Positions 55,161 through 64,000 of a stretch of DNA of 64,000 nucleotides are shown piece by piece. The notes below the pieces were generated by a model that saw only the letters and a program-made list of their open reading frames with translations, was not told where the DNA came from and ran no database searches. A program made the position numbers and the translations under genes. Within the stretch, counting starts at the first letter, position 1; each line of letters opens with the position of its first letter. The stretch is from Chrysomallon squamiferum (lineage: Eukaryota; Animalia; Mollusca). The stretch spans positions 17,050,001 through 17,114,000 of the forward strand of contig CM022672.1 of assembly GCA_012295275.1 (NCBI GenBank), read 5' to 3'.

Positions 55161-58100
55161 TTACTGGTAAGCAACATTTGTTGGGAGTCTGATGTCGTCA
55201 CCTTTACCCGTGTTCTTACGTCTCATCAGACAACAGAAAAGGATGATGCTGAGAACCATGAAGAGAAGCAGAAACACGCCCATCACACCCATGGCCGCCA
55301 GTATCCCAGTATTGAATTCATTTTCACACGACAGAGTTGACTGAGTTGACTCATGTTTAATCATAGAACCTGCGAAAATGTAAGTATGAGACAGACCATA
55401 AGGTGTTAATGATTATTTTAATTGAAAAACAGTAATATTGTTTCTCTTCTTATTTTAATGCTTATAAACCAAATACTAATTTCATATTCAACATATATTT
55501 ATATTAAGACTACGTAAACCATTAGATCAGGATGAATTAAAGCTAATCTTAAATTACCTTAATGATTAAATATAAATAATATGAACTTCATTCTAAATTT
55601 TAGATTTCTAAATGGAAATGTTTATTCAAAGTGTGTTAGTGTTATCAAAACAATTTGAGTGCTTCCACTGTTGTTGGGTTCAGACTTAGCCCTAGAAGTG
55701 CAAATATTACATTACATAATACTAATTACCCTCGCTGGCTACAACACGATTACTGGCAGGATCGGATACTTTGAAAACGTACTCAACAGTCTTATCACCA
55801 TACTGATCAGCAGATCGCTTCCTTCTGTCTGAAGAACAAGATGCAGGCTGCAAAAAATTAAATATTTATATAATTTTTTTCCATAAAAAAAAAAAAAATT
55901 AATGTAAAGGTAAGTTAATAAAGCTAAAGATAATAAAATTCGTTTGACATGTTTTATAGAGATATGCTGTAATATAGCTTTTTTAATAATAATAATAATA
56001 ATAGTTAATGAACAAGTCTCTAATAAACCATTTTAACTTATGATAACAATATCTGGATAAGAAAATGTTTAGGAACTCCTCAGTATATTCTGAGAGTGAT
56101 TGTTATTAGGTTTAGTCATATGTTTATTGTATAACAGACATGAGAGAAGATCACTTACTCTTGTCAATTATAATATAATTTGCGTGTTTTCACAAGGGCT
56201 TCATAGCACAAACGACAACACTTGAGTCACTGGACTGGGAAATATACCAGATCAGCACTGAGAAGAATTAATGATTTAGTCCACACACAACTCAAGTCAG
56301 TGCTATAACTATTTACCTTCTATAGAATATATATGAAATGTGTAGTTCAGATTATCTCTGTATTCACATATTACATTTAACAATATATTAAGTTTCATGC
56401 AGAACTTTTCACAAGGAAAAAACTTACCAAGTCACATGATTTCGTATCACTTTTGGGACAAAGCTTAGCAACCACTCTTATTCTGATATCATCGGAATTT
56501 CTAAATTTGGGTGGTCGGAATTCAAACTCGATTTTAAGTACTCCGTTGTCAGGGGTAACCATTAACTCAGTGGTTGGGGACATAATGCCCGCCACATTCT
56601 TGAAGCAGCTGAAGAAAACAAATTTAGGAGAAAATCACCTTACATAAAATAAAACATGGAGACATACACATATTATATAAACAAAACCGTTAAATTAATG
56701 CAGAATAATTAGGGTTTAATATTATAAAATAACATATTTTGCCAATGATTAATGTAGTTAACTTTTGGGGGAAAAAAAAATGAAGGAAGACATCTAAATG
56801 TTTCTTTAATAGAATCCTGTTTAATTATGTTATTGATTAATTTAACTTATATCATGACACTGAAATTATTATGTTTATGTTGTTTACTTTGATTCATGTC
56901 TTGTAATTATTGCTATGAGAAATCACACAATTACCTGTCCTTTACAATTGTGACTACAATGGGATCTGATTCTAAATTGTTGTCAATCATTACATCCACA
57001 ACCAACAAAGCTCCAAATTCTGAAAATAAATAAATACACTCAGATGACATATCTTTTCTCCAAGAATTGAGACGAAAATGTAAAAGGAAATGATGTGCCT
57101 ACAAACAAATGGATTTAAAATTTAGCTTGATTGAAACTTACCTGAGTTCTGTTTGACAGAAAGGATAACCATCAGCTTTTCTCCCATTTTGATTGGTGTG
57201 TTGCTGCTGACTGCAACACCTTCCTTTGTCACACCCAAATCAAGAGGGTTTAGATCACCTTGGGCAGAGGCTTGAACTGCGTTATCCCTTTAAAGGTTAG
57301 ACAAATTGGTGGGTTTATGTCATTCAGATTTTAATTCATTCTCTTAGCGATTTTGTACGCTTCTAAACAAAATTAATACATACATATATTTTAAATTTTT
57401 AATCAAATGTATATTTTTAATTAAAGTAATATTATCTGTTGTTTGTTTATTTATTTATTTACTTATTTATTTATTTGTTTGTTGCAATACATCAAATGTT
57501 ACCTTTCTAAATAGAAAATTTACTTTGTAAATCAAATACATTTATCATACGTAAGAAAGGAAGAAAAGAAAGAACATAGCAATATAATACATCATTTATT
57601 ATTTTGCATGTCAGCAATAAAAGAAGAAAAAAAACACCCAAAAACATCGCCAAAAATAAACACACACAACATTTCGCTCTGAATGAAGTAAGAAATACAG
57701 GAAATATCAGCAATGAAATAATTTATCAGATAGTATATAATATGGATTAAAAATGTGTTGCCTGTGAATGAAATGGGATGCTAAACATTATAAAAATCAA
57801 TTCCATTCGCTATCAGTAATCACAAAAATAATGTTCATTTAAGATAGTAATTCTGAAAAAATTTAAACTTACTGACTTGCAGATACTGGACTGATAAGAG
57901 ATACAAGTGTGACGTTTTTGGTCATATCAAAAAGACATCTGGCTTTAACAAACTCATCATAAACAAATTGGAACTGAGAATTATACTGCACGTATATCAG
58001 ACGATGTATTTGTAAAATGTTATCCTGAGTGAAGAAAAAACAAAAATCAAGAGCAAGAGGCTCTCATCAACATTCATTATTTCTATAGTTATTTATTTAT

Positions 58101-61100
58101 GTATTTAAAATGTTTTTATTGTACAAATTAGAAAAAAACAAAAGAACAACAATAAACTATCTTAGACTATACAGATTTAACATGTTAAGATAATTGTTCG
58201 AATTTTCAGTGTAATTTGATATGTATACTGTTTACATTTTTTTACTTAATGCGTTATACTACTATTGTTGAAATTCTTATTTCAGCTGACTCTATCTCAA
58301 TACGATGACGAATTGTTATTTGTTTTTTGACATCATCGAATGTAATTTGCAGAGGCCAGTCTTTGCTTAAATTATAAGAAACATGGCTTTATGTTCCAAT
58401 TAAAACGTTTCTCAAATATGCTGTATTAGCAGAAGTATTATTATAAATAAGAATACAATAAAAACAACATAAAAAAAATAATAATACTAAATAAATAATA
58501 ATAATAATAATAAATATTAATTGGTCTTGCTTTAAAACATTTTACCAATCGTGATTACATGATTTTCTCATATTTAAAAGATATTAATTTTAAATTTATT
58601 TCTATTTAAGATACGCAAGTCTGAAGAATATTTTTAAATAGTATTTGCTCAAAACATTTAAAAAGCTACAACTTTTTTTTAACATACTCACCATGCTCTG
58701 AGATGATGCATTTCCGCAGTTGGTGTCAGTATTTGGTATGATCTTCACTTTACCGCTGGTAAAATTATCAGGCATTCCTTCCTGGTTGGCAAAATCGTCA
58801 AATGTGCATGTATCTTCATAACCATAGGCATAAACCTTTCCTTGAAAATTTCCTATGGGATCAATCTGAATAGACATCTGGTCTTTTCCACAGATCACTT
58901 TGTCTGTTAAATTATTACTTTTTTGATGTATTATTTATTTAATGAATGTAAAGGTAATAACATAAACGTGTAAAAGTAATAGACATAAACATAGAAAAAT
59001 TGTTGAATAATTAATATGCAGTCACAGCCATACTCAAGTACACAAATATGCATTCATACACACATATATACAAACATTCCGACATCTATTTAAAAACATG
59101 TTTCCAAGCATACACATACACGCACGCACGCACGCACACACACACACACACACACATATATAGAAAAATAATAAAGATAAAGTTTTTAAATATTACCGTA
59201 TCATTTGGTACATAAATGAACAAGATAAATCTGTCTAAAATCAGTTAAGCTGTAACACATGTAGATTAGTTGACTAAAAGCGTTATGACCTGCTTTCCTT
59301 TTTATGAGAAAGTAATATAAATGAATCTTTGCTGTTTATTATTAACAATTCTGTAAAGTGGTAGCATCAAATTTCATTATTTATGCTGCCATTATATAAA
59401 GACAGTTGTGACTGAAAGATAATAACTATTAATACTGAAATCTGTTAGCATCATTTTAAATGTTTAATAATATAACCAAACTTTCTGAGTTCTTGATATG
59501 CCCTGTTATCCTGCACAAAAAAAAAAAAAAAAAAAAAAAAAAGAAAGAAAGAAAAGGAAAAAATGAAAACAAAAAGGAAGATACTTACATCTAGGGAAAA
59601 GACATTTCTCTGTGTCCTCATATCCTGCATCACAGTAACATTTGGCTTTTCCATCTTCAGCTACACAGGTTCCATGTTCTGAACAACTTGTCTTGGTGCA
59701 TGGATTCTTATCAACGTTACCTGCAATTAAGTAACTTAAGTAACAACAAGAACAACAGCAGTAATAATGTTACTATTGTCGATGATAATATCAACAATAA
59801 TACAATAATAACAATATAGCAACTCCGCTACAATGAGGCAGTAATTAATCTGAATAGCAGTAATATTTATTATTATAACAATGATGATGATAACAATAAC
59901 AACAACTAAATAATAATAGTCATAAAGATAATGATAAATCAACCATTATATTTTACAATATACATTTTGCGTAAATTAAAATTTGTAACGTAATTATCAG
60001 CTGTGAGTACGAAAATGTTTCAGTACTTTTCAATTTCATTTCAGGATAATTATTATTCAATTTCTAAGTGCAAGTGCAAGTATTCTGGGGGTTTTTGTAT
60101 GTTTTTTTTTAGTTTTTTTTTTTTAAAGTAAATATCATATTTTGGTTACACACAATTAACTATTACCTTTAACATAATCACATTTGTATCCACCGCGAGG
60201 TGGATCTATCGCATTACATTCACAAATTCCTTTGTCATTACACACAGCACCATTGGAACAAGGTTTCTGTCCAGGTCGACGACAGTCGTAAGTTGCAGGT
60301 CCTGTTAGAGTTAACAATCATTCAACTATACAATCACTATAGAACATTATAAGAAACTGTGAAAACTAACAAAGTGACAAGAACAGCTGTCTATATTATT
60401 TAGGATTTGCAGCGTAAAAAAATTAGATATTTTATAAGAGTGAGTCAGTGTTATTTTCGGTTGTCGTGTTAAAGAAAAATGTCAAGTGGTTTCAAGTTTA
60501 ACATGATAAAAACATAAAGCAATAATATACATACCATCATCATCCAGAATTTCTACAGATACCTCTTTCACACCGGTATTAAACTTATCTGCGTTATCGA
60601 CAATAGATACTTTGAAAAATTCTGTCTTTTCTTCATTCTACAGTATTAAAAAATATACCAGTAAAACAAAACAAAATTACAAAACGTGAAACAGAAATTC
60701 ACACTAACAGTTATCTATGCAGTTGTCTTTTACATTATTTCAAGTTTTCATTAAGAAACGTTATTTAATACTTTCAAAGGAAATAATCTTTCCATAGCAA
60801 TGTATAAATTTGAATGTATTAAAGAAATAATATGGTTCGTGTACGTTTTACTCTATTACAAGAAATCTTTATCTTTGTTTAGGGGTGTATCCATTTTAGT
60901 GTAGTACAAGAAATGATCTTTGAGTAGTGTGTGTGTAAACTTTAGTGTATAGTTATATTTGAAGTGGAGTAATTTTGTTTTAGTATTTCCACAAGAGATG
61001 TTCAAAAATGCTTGTAATGGACGCAACTATATATTTTACCAGAGAGTTCCATGTTTTGGATTTGGTTTTGTCCATAAAAAAGATAGGTCTAGAAAATTTA

Positions 61101-61432
61101 ACTCATTTAACTTACCATATCATCTTTAAGCTGAATTTCAATTGATTTTGTTACTTCTCCATCTGCAAAGACAAGCTTAGCTGCATCTGGTTTAATATAA
61201 TCTTTGCCTGCAAGAGCTGTGTCATCAGCGATTGAAAGATCAACAGAGATTTCTCCAGTCGATCCATTTGTTCTCGTTGCAGTCAAAACTACTGGTCCAC
61301 TAGACTCGTATGTTGGACTCGGTACTTCCAGTGATATAGTAGGAACTGGAAATAAATATATATGTGTCTATGTTTTTCTATATGTATGCAAAACTATATA
61401 CACAAGATAATGTAAAATTAGGTCTCTTTCAG

Positions 61433-61479
<47 letters not shown>

Positions 61480-63540
61480 TATACATACACATATATAAAT
61501 ATATGATATATAATTTTAAATCACGCGTTAGTGATAAAAACAGTTCATACAACCTTCCTTCTGAGACATTGTAACCCTCCTTTATTTGTGAAAACAGAAA
61601 TTAAATTTTATGGGGTTTTTTAATTATTATTATTATTATTATTATTATTTTTTTTTTTTTTTGCGAAATAGAATATAAATACAAAGTTCTTACTGTCATC
61701 ATCAGTAATTGTAACCGTCAGGTTGTCTCCTTCAATTATCTGTTGATTACTTTCCTGTATGCTTATTGTGAAGCTTTCATCATTTTCATCTAACTGAAAA
61801 GTTTAATATAAATTTTAAATTATTTATAATTATTTGTGGTCTCTGTGATAGTTAACTGTTAAACACGAAGATTTCATTGTTTCTCACATTTTAAAAATAA
61901 TTTATGATACGGGTAATGTTTTTCTACAGAAATGCCTGAAAGTTAAATTTTTAAAAAAAGTGTAAAATACAAATAATACTGACTTTATCATCTAGAATAT
62001 CAATCGTCCCTGAAGCTTCGTTCATACCAACTGCAAACGTAACATTTTCGATGGAACTTGACTGGAAATCTTCTGTATCAGTTGCAGTACCTGATGTAGC
62101 AGTTAACTGAACTGTTACTGCTGGAGAATTAGATGCTGTGTTTGATCTCACCAGTGTGAATGTTGCAGAGCCAGCACTCTCAGGTACAGATATTGTTACA
62201 GATTTAAATTTAATGAGTGGCACTGGAAAAGATGGAATGTGATAAAAGGTAAAAACCAAGCTTGTCAACATCTCTAACTGAAAACAACAGCTCTGTACAA
62301 ACATTTAATGAGTGGTAAATATCAGGAAAAAATAAATATAAAATTACATAAAATTAACACTAATTTATTAATAACACATAGAGCGTAGTTAAACAAATAA
62401 AACCATCAGTAGGTCAGTATTAACAATGTAGGTTAAGACATAGTTAATATCCTCAGAACGTGAAATTAACATAAAATAACACAGAAACGAATAAACTAAA
62501 TAGAATGACTATTTTATGTGCACCTGTCAAAATCATTAAACTGACATAGAGTAATATAGAAAACAGCAAACTGAGTACAATTTTTATATGAAACTGTCCT
62601 AACCATACAATTTAAGGTAATTAATATAAGGTAATTAAGAAATCAGTAAACTGGCCTAATCATGAAATTAGCATAAAGTAAGACAGAAAACTGAATAGGA
62701 ATCAGTGTTTTTCTTTTTTTTTAATAAAGCGATTACTGACATGAGTATTTGTAGAGAAAACAAATGACACCAGTGACTAGTAGTTATATGTAATACAACA
62801 CTGCTGATTTAATTAAATTTATAACTTATAAATCTTTACAGCTGATCTAAACATTAGGACTGAAAACAAAATCTAAACTTGATATACAAGCGTTCACATA
62901 ACTCACGGTCATTGTCGTGTATGGTAACAAAAGTCTTTTCTGGCCCGCTGAAATACCAACCAGTACGTATAATTTCAACTTCAAACTCTTCATCAGGTTC
63001 TTGTATCTATGGATTTAAAATTTATTAATAATATGTATTACTTTGAGTAAACATGGAAATCTATATTTATCTCAAATTTCCTTTTTAAGTTCTTGGACAT
63101 GAGGACAAAAAAAAAAAAATTAAAAATTAAAAATTAAAAAAAAAAATTATGAAACGTTTCCTATAAAATTAAGAATAAAATTAAAACCTTTTGCTGTAAC
63201 ATATTTCTAAAGCACAGTTTTAGTTATTACACGTCACTTTTGCTAATGTCAGTAACTTATTTATCAGTTCGTGCAACAATACAAAAAAGTACGCATACCA
63301 CGTCATCTACTATAATGACTTCAAATGAAGCTTCAGTCTGAGAGTCAACAAAATTGACAGAAACCGGTAGCTTAGGAATTCTGTAATCACTTGAAGATGC
63401 TGTTTTACCGGTAACTTTTAATTTCACTTCCGTGGAACCAGGAAATTGGTTATTAAGTGGTTGACGTGTCAGTGTTACTGAGACATTACCTCCAGCTTCG
63501 TCAACATCGAAACCCCTCGACGTCAAAAATACGGTAGGTC
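55161..63540 (-). CDS. Calx-beta x3, EGF x2, ZP domain, furin site, TM protein (copy C), 5'-truncated
   Basis: 15 in-phase GT-AG exons: 63540-63299, 63006-62907, 62222-61984, 61793-61694, 61345-61116, 60637-60535 (Calx-beta), 60301-60167 (YDCRRPGQKPCSNG..), 59720-59589 (EGF), 58903-58692, 58024-57873, 57287-57142, 57019-56935, 56608-56428 (ZP), 55847-55730 (RRKR), 55369-55161 (TM, stop). No frameshift seen; the signal exon is expected beyond the window end. Confidence 0.88.
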
Positions 63541-64000
63541 CTGAAAAAAAAAAAAAAAAATAATAATAATAATTAAAGCAAACAAAACAAAACAGGTGAG
63601 GTAAATTATTTCATAATTTTAAGTGGCCTTCATCTTCTCGAACTGAGTTAGCTCCCTTTTTCAAATGAAATACAGGTACTGAAATACGTTTTTAATAATA
63701 ATACAATGATAAAAAGAAACAAAAAAAAAAAAAAAAAAGGCAGGAAAAACATTTGATAAACATATATCTAAAGTTGTGTGGGATCCAAGTTAGAATACTT
63801 TTTTTTTATTAATAATTATATTTTTGAGGGTTTTCATTTTATAATCATCATTCATTTTAATTATTGCTCTTTTTGTTTCTTAACATAAAATATTTTTTGA
63901 TATAGGTGGCAATGTAGATCATTTTTTTTTTTTTTTCGCAAAAGTCACAGATTTGCCATCTCGTACCGTTTAGTATTAACTAAACTTAAATCGTTTTAAT

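Overview
AT-rich, intron-rich animal genomic DNA, probably molluscan (inferred from EGF-ZP genes and repeat content; not proven). (1) 1-10140: 3' part of an astacin metalloprotease gene (astacin, EGF, CUB, Cys-rich, 4x TSP1, hydrophobic tail; 13 exons). (2) 14-64 kb: a cluster of five copies of a gene encoding signal peptide, Calx-beta repeats, 2 EGF, ZP, furin site and TM. One copy (- strand, 55161 to >63540) is intact over all visible exons. One full-length copy (+, 30568-41991) carries three single-base frameshifts. Three are internally deleted relics. (3) About 16715-21444: a ~4.7 kb intronless endogenous parvovirus-like element. It has a decayed NS1 (HUH endonuclease + SF3 helicase), a capsid-like fragment placed upstream of NS1, a collagen-like gene (19 Gly-X-Y triplets) and two convergent orphan ORFs. 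It replaces ~4 kb of host sequence in a segmental duplicate whose uninterrupted paralogue is also in this window. (4) A Tc1 transposon with intact TIRs, a foldback-like inverted repeat, and mini- and microsatellites. All calls come from manual translation and comparison; no database searches were run.
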